Notes: generated by a model not told the origin, from the sequence alone. Counted from the first letter of the stretch, positions 12,266-25,865 are shown. The stretch is DNA of 64,000 bases from Octopus vulgaris (GCA_951406725.2 OX597821.1:93806001-93870000), one strand, 5' to 3'. Made by a program: numbers and translations.

Positions 12266-12734
12266 AGAAGGGTAAGATGTGATGTTCATACCTTACAGAA
12301 AGGTATTGCATAACTATAATCAGTCTTATGGAAATTATTGTCACTGAGCTAAAAAAAAAAAAAAAGAGTATTTACTACTATAAGTGAGCTATTAGTCAAA
12401 TTTGTAGTAAACTGGCCTTCACAGCTCACATAGCTGTCAGTCCTTGTCAGTTTACATTGCTTTTTACAAGACTGTGACAGGTAGTCCTCAACAGTTCACA
12501 TTGCATGTTAAATTAATGCAACTAGTAGTCCTTGACAACTCATATTCCTTGTAACAAGAATGCAATTAGCAAAATTCAACAGCTCACATTGCCTGTTACA
12601 ATACTCTAACTAGCAGTCCATAACAGTTCACATTGCTTCAAACCATCCTTCACTGCTCACCTTGTACAAGTTGTGTATCATATGAATGAATTGGATAATC
12701 TTCAACTATCATACTAATTTGAGTATCGCCCCGA

Positions 12735-13180
12735 CGGGCCTCCGTGCTGGTGGCACGTAAAAAGCACCATCCGATCGTGGCCATTGCCAGTCTAGCCTGG
12801 CCTCTGTGCCGGTGGTACGTGAGAGAACCATCTGATCGTGGCTATTGCCAGTCTAGCCTGGCCCCCGTGCCAGTGGCATGTAAAAAGCACCATCCGATCA
12901 TGGCCGTTGCCAGCCTTGCCTGGCCCCCGTGCCGGTGGCACGTAAAAAGCACCATCCGATCGTGGCCATTTGCCAGCCTTGCCTGGTCCGTGCCGGTGGC
13001 ACGTAAAAAGCACCCACTACACTCACGGAGTGGTTGACGTTAGGAAGAGCATCCAGCCGTAGAAACATTGCCAGATCAGACTGGGCCTGGTGCAGCCTTC
13101 TTGGCTTCCCAGACCCCAGTTGAACCGTCCAACCCATGCTAGCATGGAAAGCGGACGCTAAATGATGATGATGATGATGA
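12735..13180 (+). mobile_element. SINE family C (GGCGTTAGGAAGGGCATCCAG core, (GAT)n tail) with tandem 5' units of about 61 bp
   Basis: units GTGCCGGTGGCACGTAAAAAGCACCATCCGATCGTGGCC x4; copies at about 14786, 19450, 21180, 43789, 48010, 60893, 62768. Confidence 0.85.
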
Positions 13181-13415
13181 AGTATTATGCACTTTTTCCA
13201 GAATTTTAAATCTAAAAAGTTAGGTGTGCACATTATATAGGAAAATTTTCTCCCAGCTGTAAGCATGACTGTATTCAGAATGGCATGATTAGAAGTAAAT
13301 AGCATTTATTGCCCAAGCTAACTGATGTGTAACAAAGAGTTTAAGTCATTATAATGGTGCTACATTTTTCTATGATAGCAATAACATATCGAAAGTTCAT
13401 TATATTTTATAAGGC

Positions 13416-13620
13416 ACTGGAGTGGCTGTGTGGTATGTAGCTTGCTGACGAACCACATGGTTCCAGGTTCAGTCCTACCGCGTGGCACCTTGGACAAGTG
13501 TCTTCTACTATAGCCTCGGGCCAACCAAAGCCTTGTGAGTGGATTTGGTAGATGGAAACTGAAAGGAGCCGGTCATATGTATATATATATACATATGCAT
13601 GTGTGTGTGTGTGTGTGTGT

Positions 13621-13655
<35 letters not shown>

Positions 13656-13850
13656 TCCCACCAACATTGCTTGACAACCGATGCTAGTGTGTTTACGTCC
13701 CCGTAACTTATCGGTTCATCAAAAGTGATCGATAGAATAAGTACTAAGCTTGCAAAGAGTAAGTCCTGGGGTTGATTTGCTCAACTAAAGGCGGTGCTCC
13801 AGCATGGCCACAGTCAAATGATTGAAACAGGTAAAATAGAAAAAGAGTAA
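13416..13850 (+). mobile_element. SINE family A
   Basis: homology to 160-583. Confidence 0.9.
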
Positions 13851-14551
13851 GTATTCGCTAAAAATGTAAATTCTATGTTGCTGGTGCAAATATTCATACC
13901 TGTTGCACAATCTTTACAAACAATGAGCTCCTCATATGGCTGCCTATATTGGAGACCATATCAATCAACGTCCAACTAAATACAACAAAATCTTTCTCAT
14001 CCGTTGTTAATGTGAAATAATCAGAAAATAAAATGGAACAATGTTTTGTTATGTCTTGTGTTTCTGTTTTTCTAATTTTGATAGAAATTCACACAAAAGA
14101 CCTCAATCACTTCATACTATAAATAGATACTATGTCATTAGTGGTGTCAACACAATTTATGTCACATGAAATTACATTTGCAGGAGGAAGCAAGTAATGA
14201 AATGCTGGAATGACTTAAAATCTTTTAATGATGCTCATTTTAATGATGCAGCCATAACAAAGCAATGATCTGAGATAATGACGTTAAGCATATTTTTACA
14301 AATTGATCTTTTTCGGTTTCAGTCTGACTTTGCATTTGCCAAATTCATTTAAAACTTTAGACATTTACTTTCAAAGAATAAGTACAGATCTCATTTAGAA
14401 ATTTACCAGTTTACATTTCAAACACTGGCAAGGAGTCATCAAAACCAAGGTGGTCTATTCCACTCCTGTCAGTGTCAAAGACAGACACAGCACGTATCTT
14501 ATGTGCAGTAGATCTCTTCAGTGTCTGCAATGTTGACCACATCCAAAGAGA

Positions 14552-14552
<1 letters not shown>

Positions 14553-14590
<38 letters not shown>

Positions 14591-14628
14591 CATCCTCATC
14601 CTCATCCTCCTCATCCTCCTCCTCCTCC

Positions 14629-14707
<79 letters not shown>

Positions 14708-14786
14708 CCTCCTCCTCCTCCTCCTCCTCCTCCTCATCCTCCTCCTCCTCCTCATCATCATCATCATCATCATCATCTTCATCATC
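14553..14786. repeat. (CAT)/(CCT)n expansion of the tail of a minus-strand family C SINE (14786-15010)
   Basis: direct inspection; contiguous with the SINE 3' end. Confidence 0.9.
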
Positions 14787-15339
14787 GTTTAGCATCCGCT
14801 TTCCATGCTAGCATGGGTTGGACGGTTCAACTGGGGCCTGGGAAGCCAGGAGGCTGCACCAGGCTCCAGTCTGATCTGGCAGTGTTCCTACGGCTGGATG
14901 CCCTTCCTAATCCCAACCACTCCGTGAGTGTAGTGGGTTCTTTTTACGTGCCACCGGCACAGGTGCCAGACGAGGCTGGCAAACGGCCACGATCGGAGGG
15001 TGCTTTTTTACATTATTGGATGCTCAGGAAAGAAGGAAAGAAGGAGGGCTTAATGTTTCGAGCGAAACATAGGAGATGGAAAGATCCAGAGAAGGGAGAT
15101 AGAGGAAAATATATATATATCATGAAGCACACATAAAGCTATAATTGATTGTATACAAATATTGGTTTAAAAAACTTTTAGAAAGAAGAAGCTGAAGGTT
15201 ACCAGTGAGACTTGAATCCACATCTCTAGTAAACATGACAAGTGTTATATACAAAAGGATTTTCCAACCCAATATTTACATGGTATTATTTATAGATATA
15301 TCTAAATAAAAGGAAACATTTCATATATATATATATATA

Positions 15340-15746
15340 CAGGAGTGGGTGTGTGGTAAGTAGCTTGCTTACCAACCACATGGTTCTGGGTTCAGTCCTA
15401 CTATGTGGCACCTTGTGCAAGTGTCATCTACTATAGCCTCGAGCTGACCAAAGCTTTGTGAATGGATTTGGTAAACGGAAACTGAAAGAAGCCCATCATA
15501 TATATATATATATATGTGTGTGTGTGTATATGTTTGTGTGTCTGTGTTTTTTCCTCCCCCAACATCGCTTGACAACCAATGGTGGTATGTTTACATCCCC
15601 GTAACTTAGCGGTTCGGCAAAAGAGACCAATAGAATAAGTACTAGGCTTCCAAATAATAAGTCTTGGGGTCGATTTTCTCAACTAAAGGCAGTGCTCCAG
15701 CAAGGCCACAACCTTTGGACTGAAACCTAAAAAGAATAAAAGAATA
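15340..15746 (+). mobile_element. SINE family A
   Basis: homology to 160-583. Confidence 0.9.
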
Positions 15747-15799
15747 TTCTAAAAAACCTTTCAAAAACAAAAGCTGAATGACATGAATGTTATGGAAGG

Positions 15800-16370
15800 A
15801 AGTTTCTGTGTTGTGTTTAACACATTTTGCGGTTGTCACCTTTTCAAGCACATGTGCCATAATGTAATCTATGTAGGTGTAGATGTTTTTTGCAGCAGTG
15901 TTGACTATTTTCACCATGTTTTAGATTATTAATTCTTATAAAGTATTCTTCTTTTGTCTTACATAGTTGATCATTTTCTTCCTTCATTTTGAAAAATCAG
16001 AATATTTTCATTTGGACAACTGCTTGATGTTTACAACAAAAAACATTTGTAAGAGATGAAATTTTTATTTGTTGCTTATGAACCCTAACTCAACATATTC
16101 ATTTTGATCCCATTTGATTGCTATAATTCTCATTGCACAAAAACTCAGAATTATTTCAACTTAAGTTTGATCACTCTTCCTCTACCATTATTACTATTAG
16201 AACAGCTTTTGCTTTGGTGAACTAAGAAGCATCTTACCATGTCCACCCAGGCTTACCAACACGCCCAATTCCTCCTCCTACAGTGTTTTTCCTTTCAGAT
16301 TCTTTATCAAACAATATATTAAATCCTTTCTTTCCATGGATGTACCCACTGGAAATGCCTTCTTGCTCAG
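15800..16370 (-). pseudogene. Penelope-like GIY-YIG 3' remnant
   Basis: minus-strand fragments LCNENYSNQMG, VRVHKQQI and FFKMKEENDQLCKTKEEYFIR resemble the C-terminus of PLE endonucleases. Confidence 0.5.
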
Positions 16371-16377
16371 ACTTCCT

Positions 16378-16600
16378 CATCATCATCATTGTTCGACTGT
16401 GGTCGAGACAATGGAATTTACCATGCTACGCCAGACTTCATGGTTCATCATAGCATTGTGGAGGTCCTGTTGCTGGATGCCTGTATCCCTGGAGATTACA
16501 TCAGGGTAGGAGAGTGTGCGCCCTCTGGTATTGCGAGTAGATGGCTTCCAGAGGAGAAGAGTAGAAATTGCCTCGTTTCTACTCAGACTTCTTGCTCAAA
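16378..16600 (-). mobile_element. RTE-clade LINE 3' end
   Basis: minus strand LLWKPST.NTRGRTLSYPDVISRDTGIQQQDLHNAMMNHEVWRSMVNSIVSTTVEQ* then (TGA)n tail. Confidence 0.75.
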
Positions 16601-18129
16601 CATAGAACAACAAAGAACAACAACAATATTGATCTCAGTATTCTGGAAGAGTCTGTACAGGTTATTGACACTGACCATTCTTCTTTCATTAAAAAATAAA
16701 AATGTGGTTTATATGTTTATTGTCAAAAACCAGTAAATACTGGACACAATGATTCATACAATATATTTGAAATATATTCAAAATGTTATCTTTTATCAGA
16801 ATTTATCAGATTTATTCTGTTAGTGTTGTTTACTTCCAAATGAAGCAAATCTAATATCACGGGTTCCAGATGTGACCATTCTGGGTACCAGATATGACTG
16901 TTCCATCATTTTTTTTTTTTGCCTCCCAGACATAGTTTATCAAGGAGTACATTAACTCATGTTTCTTTTGTCTTTTGAGACTGGAGGATTTCTATCAAGG
17001 GTGATTCAGCTGTTTTATCTATGAGTTAACCTGAAAATATGTATATTCATCATCATCATCATTTAATGCCCTCTTTCCATGTTGGCATGGGTTGGACTGT
17101 TTGACAGAGCTGGCAGAAACGTTAGCATGCTGGGCGAAATGCGTAGCTGTATTTCGTCTGCCGTTACGTTCTGAGTTCAAATTCCGCCAAGGTCGACTTT
17201 GCCTTTCATCCTCTCGGGGTCGATAAATTAAGTACCAGTTACGCACTGGGGTCGATCTAATTGACTTAATCCCTTTGTCTGTCCTTGTTTGTTCCCTCTA
17301 TGTTTAGCCCCTTGTGGGCAATAAAGAAATAAGGAGCTGGCTAGGCAGGAGCCTAAGCCATGCTTCTATGTCTGTTTCAGCAAAGCTTTTACGGCTGGAT
17401 GCTCTTCCTAACACCAACCACTCTGTAGCATGGGCTGAGGGATTTTTACAGAGCACCAGCACAGGTGAGGTCAGTTTTGGCATGGTTTTTGCAGCTGGAT
17501 GTCCTTTCAAATGCCAACCACTTTACAGTGTGGACTGGGTTTTTTTTAAGTGGCACCAGCACCAGCAGGGTCACCAGGTAACTTTACAAGATGAGGAATC
17601 TTTGAGAGGGGAGGGGGTATCAGAGGAGGTGGTCTTGTGTCAGATGATGAAAGGTTAGAGTGTGACAGAGAGACAGAAACAAATGCCTAGCTGCAGAAGA
17701 GGTACATGGTTACCCAACCAGAGAGAAGGAGAGGAAGAGGAAGAGAGGGAGAGAAAGAAAGAAAGAGAGCAAGAGAAAGAGAGTGAGAGAAGTACCCAGT
17801 CTGTCATGTAAGACCCATGGCCATTCTCAAGCACATAGAAGCAGTCACAAAATATTCTGAGAATTCATATTACATATATAACTTCAGATCAAAAGTAACA
17901 CCACAATTCAAAGGTTTCCCTATGAAAGTTAAACCTACCCAGGAATGGTTAGAACATCAGAATTACATTTATGACATCCCTTGCATTTGAAGAAAGTTTT
18001 ATAAAGTAGAAACTAAGAGTCCCCAAAGATCAGAATATAATAGGAAAATGCCTTAATCAGAAGAAAAGTATCTATGTTTGGAATTGCTGAACATATTATG
18101 GCATGACAAAAGAAATCATATACTGCTAT

Positions 18130-18600
18130 GAAATGAAATTTCCATCTACATGAGGTGAGATGGAGGGAAAGTCTCAGTCAGACTCCTTATATGCACTGAA
18201 TACAAGTAAAATGTCTACTGGATATGCAACAGCATTGATGTGGATAGAATAGGCATTTTAATAGCAGAGAAATGGACAGATAGAAAAAAACTGAGGTAGC
18301 TAAAGAATGTGACAAAATAATTAAACTTAGACCAGAAATAAATAAGATGCTGGCCACAAAGATTTCAAATTACAATCAGAATGGAAAATAAACAAAAGGT
18401 ATTGTTTCTATAAGGTCCGCTTTTAGATTATTTTTATCCTTGATTATTTTTATCACAGTTGATATTTAATAGACATGCTGGTCTGCAAGAAGATGGTTCC
18501 TCTAATATATTCAGAAGCTATGGTGTGGTAAAAGAAATGAAGTGGGAGCAATTTTCTTGGAGTTCTGTGAAAACTGGGCAAAACTAGAGACAGAAGGGAT
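18130..18600 (+). pseudogene. decayed RTE-type AP endonuclease
   Basis: fragments VDRIGILIAEKW, CDKIIKLR, FNRHAG, GKRNEVGAIFLEFC. Confidence 0.6.
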
Positions 18601-18804
18601 GAAAGTATAAAGATCTTTTGGTATTAAGCAAGTTCAGAAAAATGCTAGGTAACATATATATAATGAGGAGAAGGTATCAGGAAGTTTCTTCAAGATGACG
18701 TACTGCAAGGGAACCACAGACCAGATCTATAAATAAAGGGAGGAGAAAAGGGACATGGTAGCGAAAGGATACAGTAACTTGAACAATAAAGACTAATACA
18801 CGCA

Positions 18805-18855
<51 letters not shown>

Positions 18856-19298
18856 AATACACACATATCATCATCATTGTCATCATCATTTTACATCCAT
18901 GTTATTGTTTCAGACATTTTGACAGGATCTGATGGGTTCAAGAAGTGCCCCTTGCTCCAGCGTCGGCTTTGGCATGGTTTCTCTAGCTGGATGCCTTTCC
19001 ATATACCAACCACTTTACAGCTTACATTGGGTGCTTCCTTCATGCCACTAGCACAACTGAGGTTGTCAGAAGACTACAAAACCCAAGATGGGTGGTGGGC
19101 GTGCTTTATACTAGCAGGTGAGGAATGAGAGTATGTAACAAGGAGAGAGGTCAGAGCAGGTTCTTGTCCACAATAAGAAAAAATACTAGGATCTATTATT
19201 CATTCAGCTAAAACCCCTTTTATTACATGGTTGCATTCTAATGATTGAAACAAACAAAAATGGAAAAGTAGTGCATTCATACATTCATACACACATAC

Positions 19299-19383
<85 letters not shown>

Positions 19384-19741
19384 GATATATATACACATAT
19401 ATACACATACATATATATACACATATATATATACATATATACATATATATAAAAGCACCAACCGATTGTGGCCAATGCCAGACTCCCCTGGCACCTGTGT
19501 CGGTGACACGTAAAAAGCACCCACTACACTCGCGGAGTGGTTGGCGTTAGGAAGGGCATCCAGCTGTAGAAACACTGCTAGATCAGACTGGAGACTGGTG
19601 CAGCCCCTGGCTTCCCAGACCCCTGTCGAACCATACAACCCGTGCTAGCGCGGAAAACGGACGTTAAACGATGATGATATATATATATACATACATACAC
19701 ACACACACACACATATATATATTTTTTTTTTTTTTTTTTTT

Positions 19742-19966
<225 letters not shown>

Positions 19967-20634
19967 CAACATTTTATAAGCAAACTTTTTTCGTATTTTA
20001 CAGACAAAATTTCATTATTATTATTTAAATTTCAAACACTGGATAGCTGTGAAAACAGCAGAAAGATTGGGTTTTTTATAAGACAGAAAGTTGTCAGCAG
20101 GCTGGCAACATTTTTCCTTCATATCAAGGTAAAATACCCAATCTTATATACATATATATATATTGTTTGTTCCTTCTTGAGCCATGCCTGACTCATAAGG
20201 GCTGGTTTCCTTGGCGTATAGGCTCTCCACCGAGACGGGACGCTAGTCTCTGTCACAGGTGAGCTGCAAGATGCAGGAGGAAAGAGTGAGAGAAAGTTGT
20301 GGTCAAAGAGTCAGCAGACGTTCACCATTACCTTCTGCCGGAGCTGCATGGAGCTTAGGTGTTTCACTCATAAACACTCTCATCACCCAGTCTGAGATTT
20401 GGCACTTCCAAAGTTTGTTTATAAAATGTTGTCATATGTATATATATATATACTATATAATTAGGGTTCAGCAACAATTTGCTTCACCACACACCGAAGT
20501 TTAGAAATAGCAGTCAAAAAATCTTAGCTATTCCTTCTACTTTAAAGGGAGTTCCCAGAAAAACCACAGCACTTGAAAACAAACCACACAGGCAAAAGGG
20601 AAAAAATGACGAAGATCATTCTATATTAGGTTAT

Positions 20635-20725
20635 CTACAGACGCGCGTTTCGGAATTAAGTCAGTATAAAGCATAAATAATAAATAATTATACCTTACAC
20701 CACTATTTTCGTTTCTTCAGCATAG
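20635..20725 (-). ncRNA. degenerate hammerhead motif in Penelope-like fragment
   Basis: minus strand ctatg CTGAAGA ...AT-rich... TTCC GAAAC GCGC GTC tgtag; 5' side of stem II damaged. Confidence 0.55.
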
Positions 20726-21085
20726 GATTCCACAATCATAAATAATTGTATCTCAATTATTAATAATTGTATATTATATATATATTAATGTATTAATATT
20801 TGTTTTTATGTTCGGCTATAATTAAAAAAACAGTTTTACATTAATCTGATGGGTTACTCTATACTTTTGTGGAAAAGAAATTTATCATTCTTAAACAAGA
20901 ATGTTGTTGACTGTGACTTTGAAATTTCGACAAGCTAAGCCAACACCAGTCTGCTTATAATGGCTTAGCTGGCTGAAACTTCAAAGCCAACATATTTATG
21001 GAGTGTTCGGATATAAAATCGTTCAGTGTTGATTGAGTTGAAGGTGGTTCTGTCTCTAAAACTACTTATATACATATACATATAC

Positions 21086-21132
<47 letters not shown>

Positions 21133-21771
21133 TTTATACATGTGTACATATAAACCATAAAAGTATGAGATCATCATCATCATCACCATCATCGTTTAAC
21201 ATTCCCCTTTCCATGCTGGCATGGAGTGGATGGTTTGTGTGAGGAGTGACAAGCCAGGAGGCTGCACCAGGCTCCAATCTGATCTGGTAAGGTTTCTACA
21301 GCTGGATGTCCTTCCTAATGCCAACCACTCTGAGAGTGTAGTGGATGCATTTTGTGCCACCAGCATTTTTAATCCTTTGATACCCTTAAGTTTATGGCCA
21401 TTTTGCAACCTTCTTCAAGTAGTATTAATTTCAGTGTGGAAGAAATTATGATGATATGTCTGCATCAATATTTGTGCTTTGTTTTATACAATACAATTGT
21501 ATATTCACAAATCAATGGAAATAAAAGAAGGCTAACTCATGAGATCACTAGAACACTGTGGTTACACCTACAATCAACTCGATGTATGTATATATATATA
21601 TATATATATATATAGAAAATAGTAAAAAGGGAAAAAACTACAGAAGGCTTGTTTTAAAAGGTTAAAAAATATATATTTGAGTCATTATGTCAGAAGAATG
21701 TTATAAATTTTTTTGATTCAATGACATAGTTTTTGAAGAAAATATATAAATATATATATAAATATATATGT

Positions 21772-22152
21772 GCAGGAGTGGCTGTGTGGTAAGTAGCTTG
21801 CTTGCCAACCACATTGTTCTGGGTTCAGTCCCACTGTGTGGCACTTTGGGCAAGTGTCTTCTACTATATCCTCAGGCCAACTAAAGCCTTGTGAATGGAT
21901 TTGGTAGACAGAAACTGAAAGAAGCCCGTCATATATATAAATATAAGTGTGCGTGTGTGTGTGTATTTGTGTCTGTGTTTCCTTGACAACTGATGCTTGT
22001 GTGTTTACGTCCCCATCAGCAAGAGAGACCGATTGAATAAGTACTAGGCTTACAAAGAATAAGTCCTAGGGTCAATTTGCTCGACTAAAGGCGGTGCTCC
22101 AGCATGGCCGCAGTCAAACGACTGAAACAAATAAAAGAATAAAAGAATAAAA
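21772..22152 (+). mobile_element. SINE family A
   Basis: homology to 160-583. Confidence 0.9.
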
Positions 22153-22359
22153 GTATATGCACGTGTCTGTTTGTTTGTTATACTGTTTCCTTGCCTTGAC
22201 ATTAGGAACTAGTTGTGAGTGTCACTGTTAAGCAAGATGTGTTCTTTTTTTCCAATCTTCTACGTCTTTATGTCTGAGCAATGTGAAATGTTAGCAATGG
22301 GAATGGCATCAAGCTATACAAAATCTGTCTCATCCATGTAGGCATTCCTTATAAATATT

Positions 22360-22756
22360 AGGAGTGGCTGTGTGGTAAGTAGCTTGCTAACCAACCACAT
22401 GGTTCCGGGTTCAGTCCCACTGTGTGGCATCTTGGGCAAGTGTCTTCTGCTATAGCTCCAGGCCAACCAATGCCTTGTGAGTGGATTTGGTAGACGGAAA
22501 CTGAAAGAAGCCTGTCGTATGTATGTATATATATATGTATATGTATGTGTGTGTTTGTGTGGCTGTGTTTGTCCCCCTAGCATTGCTTGACAACCGATGC
22601 TGGTGTGTTTACGTCCCCATCACTTAGCGATTCGGCAAAAGAGACCGATAGAATAAGTACTGGGCTTACAAAGAATAAGTCCCGGGGTCGATTTGCTCGA
22701 CTAAAGGCAGTGCTCCAGCTTGGCCGCAGTCAAATGACTGAAACAAGTAAAAAAGA
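22360..22756 (+). mobile_element. SINE family A
   Basis: homology to 160-583. Confidence 0.9.
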
Positions 22757-22935
22757 GATTAACCTTACTTATTAATTTAATCACAGATCTTAATGGAAAG
22801 CTTTTGTTATAATCCTACTTGAAATTTGGTGGCATTGGGTGTGGCAACATACCCAATACAACAACCACCATACGCCACTAAGATGTGTGTGCGTGTGTGT
22901 TATGTGGATGGTAATATTTTCCACAAAAGCCATTG

Positions 22936-23100
22936 GATTCACTTCAACAACTAAGTTTAATTTGTCAAAATATTCTCGTCGCCTTAAGACCGCAACCTGT
23001 TCACTGACAAAATTAGCACGGATTTTTGTCAGTGAACAGGTCGCGGTCTTAAAGCGACGAAAATATTTTGACAAATTAAACTTAAATGTTGAAGTGAATC
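22936..23100. repeat. near-perfect inverted repeat, arms about 77 bp, loop about 11 bp (probable inverted pLTR)
   Basis: GATTCACTTCAACA...CACTGACAAAA / TTTTGTCAGTG...TGTTGAAGTGAATC. Confidence 0.85.
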
Positions 23101-23579
23101 GAACGACTTTTGTGTGTTTCTTAAATGGCTTACAAACACCTTCCACACTGCAATTGTTTTCGTTTCAGCACACAATCTCAGATCAAATCACTTGCTATGC
23201 AAGTACATCTCCGTAAAATATTTTCCACTGAGACGTTAAAACCGTTTCTGAATGTTTAAGTGATTCAGTTCGGTATATATACATATATTTACTCGATTGC
23301 TGACATTTATCAGTGGTTTCTCCCATTTTCTATCATTAGAAAAAAAAAAAAAAACTATCAGCTTTTTTTGACGATACGTATATACTAGTATATAGATAAT
23401 GTATATATGTTTGCATCATCTACTCTTCTAGATTACCCATAACGTATACAATGTGCAGATAAGAGTGATTAAAAACTTATTCGATAACTTTAATAAATGA
23501 ATCCTTAAATGATATTACAAATCGTATGATTTTTGTAAAGCAAATTTATAACCTAAAATTCAATTCTATTAGGATTTCC

Positions 23580-23809
23580 CAAAAAGATGCGGCGTTAACG
23601 CAGAGTTCAAGGGAGGCAAGTAATAAAGGGAAATAACTTCTTCGCAAGGGAGATAAATATACAAGGTAAATATCTAAATTTTTTATTTATTTCTCAACTT
23701 ATGGAATTCTGTAATCGTTTTCCTGTACTATGATACGTTTAACTTGACAATAACTAACTGTTCAGTCTTTTTTTTACCAGACGTATTTGTGCATTTAAAA
23801 AAGGTAATA
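23580..23809 (+). promoter_or_regulatory. candidate promoter/first exon with 115-nt intron and 23-nt micro-exon
   Basis: CpG-retaining unique DNA, repeated AAGGGA(G/A)ATAA motifs, donor AAG|GTAAAT 23665/6, CTAAC branch point, (T)nACCAG acceptor 23780, donor AAG|GTAATA 23803/4. Confidence 0.4.
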
Positions 23810-23875
23810 AGAAAAATGAATTTTCTAATTGGTGTTGCGCATCATGAAGAGCAATTTCAGACTGAAGTCGTCTGT

Positions 23876-24272
23876 TCCTCTCTCTCTCCCTCTCTCTCTA
23901 CCTTTTTCCCTTCCCTTCCCTCTCCTTCTTTCTCTCCCTCTTTAGCTATCGTTCTTTCTCACCCTTTCCTCATCCCTTTCTCTCTCCTCTCTCGCTCTCA
24001 CTCTCTTCCCTTCCCTCTCCCTCTTTCTCTCACTCCCCTATATCTTTCCCTCTCTAACTATCTATCTTTCCCTCTGTTTTCCCATCCCTTTCTCTCTCCT
24101 CTCTCGCTCTCACTCTCTTCCTCTCTCTAACTCTCTCTCTTCCCCTTTCCCTCTCTCTCCTCTATCTCTCCCTCTCTATCTACCTGCCTTTCTCTCTCTT
24201 CCCTTTCTCTTGCTTCCCTTTCTCTCTCTTCCTCTATCTGTCTTTCTCTCTCTCTCTCTCCCGCCTCTCTCT
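23876..24272. repeat. CT-rich polypyrimidine low-complexity tract
   Basis: direct inspection. Confidence 0.9.
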
Positions 24273-24999
24273 TCATATTGGTGCCTATGATGCCTAAAAT
24301 CACTTTACATTCATAATATTTCTTCCGGAGGAGGACTGAAACATTTTTATCTCCGGTACGATTCGAAATATATGTCTATAAAATCATTTCTAATATGAGC
24401 ACGCCAGAATTTGTAAAGGACGTGTGTACTCGATTTAATCAATACGGTACTTGATTTGTACTCGCTTCATCGAGCTTAAGATCATAAAAAAGCAAGTTGA
24501 TCTTGGGGAAATTTGAACTCAGATGTTACAGGCTTAGAACAAATATTCCTTTCTTATATTGACACTAGACCAGCAATTTCAAAGGTTGTGGAAGTCGATT
24601 GCATTGACTTTAATGTTCAACTGATTCTTATTTCATCGACCTCGAAAGGATAAAAGGCAAAGTCGACCTCTGGGGTGTTTGAACACGAAATGTACTGACA
24701 GACGAAATACCTATTTCTTTATTACCCACAAGGGGCTAAACACAGAGGGGACAAACAAGGACAGACATAGGTATTAAGTCGATTACATCGACCCCAGTGC
24801 GTAACTGGTACTTAATTTATCGACCCCGAAAGGATGAAAGGTAAAGTCGACCTCGGCGGAATTTGAACTCACAACGTAACGCAGACGAAATACCTATTTC
24901 TTTACTACTTCTTTGTAGGGCCTGTAAATTTGTACCATTTCCATAAAAGTGAACGTTTTTTGATAAAGCAGAAAGTAACTCATTCATGCATAGAAGAGG

Positions 25000-25640
25000 C
25001 AAAATAAGAAGCAAAACGAAATCCTGGGGGACGCCAAATTTGGTTGTCAGTGGGACAGAAAGAGTTCGGTCAATATATGTTGCGATGGTGCGTTCTAATA
25101 GGAAATTGCCAATTCAAGAGATGAGATGGGTAGAGCCCGTAAGCAGGAGGTTTTGATTGAAGATTTGCCTGCCAGACACGATCGAAGGATTTGTTGATAT
25201 CTAGGGTGACAACATTTCTTTAATCGAACTTCTTTAATGTGAGAGCCCGCCGATGATTGACATAAGAGAATAGGTCTTCAGTTAATCTAGTTGTACGAAA
25301 GCCGTATAGGTGGCCAATGAGGAGAGAGAAAGGGAGATTAATGGCGTTGGAGTTCATCATTTGTTAACGGCTGTCTGCATTACCGTGTAGGTGTTAGAAG
25401 TGAGAGCGATAGGACGATAGCTGGTGGGTCAAGAGAAGTTGCCTTTCTTTGGAATGGGACACGCTAAAGCGCGCTTCCAAATGTCAACGCATATGCTCCT
25501 AGAGAAAGAGAGAGAGATTAAAGACTTTGGTAAGTTTCAGAGCCATTTCTGGGGTGCAGTGTTTGAATGTAATAGAAGAGACATTGTCAGGACCAGTTGT
25601 TTTGTTTTTTTGAAGCAACTGGTGTGTATCAATGCGTAAT
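25000..25640 (-). pseudogene. CR1/L2/Jockey-group LINE reverse transcriptase remnant
   Basis: TTGPDNVS..KHCTPEMALKLTKVFNLSL; WKRALACPIPKKG; SYRPIALTS; TLDIS. Confidence 0.8.
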
Positions 25641-25865
25641 GGGATTCTTTGTAGAGTGGAAGGATGTGCCCGCACGCGTGTGTGGATGTGTGTGAAGATG
25701 CGTGGGTTAGTGGTTAGAGGTATTTGTCTCACGATCGAACAAATCTTGTGAGTAACATTTACCTTCACTTCAGGTATTCACATCTATATCTAAACAAACG
25801 TTATTCAGTTTAACCAGGAAGGGGTTTTATCTTTCCCCTATCAGTTTCAAAGCATTTATCTTCAA

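Noticed and set aside
14411-14811. Poly-D/E, poly-S and poly-M ORFs (also 7841-8126, 41708-42035)
   Set aside because: Trinucleotide repeats, here an expanded SINE tail; no splice or homology support
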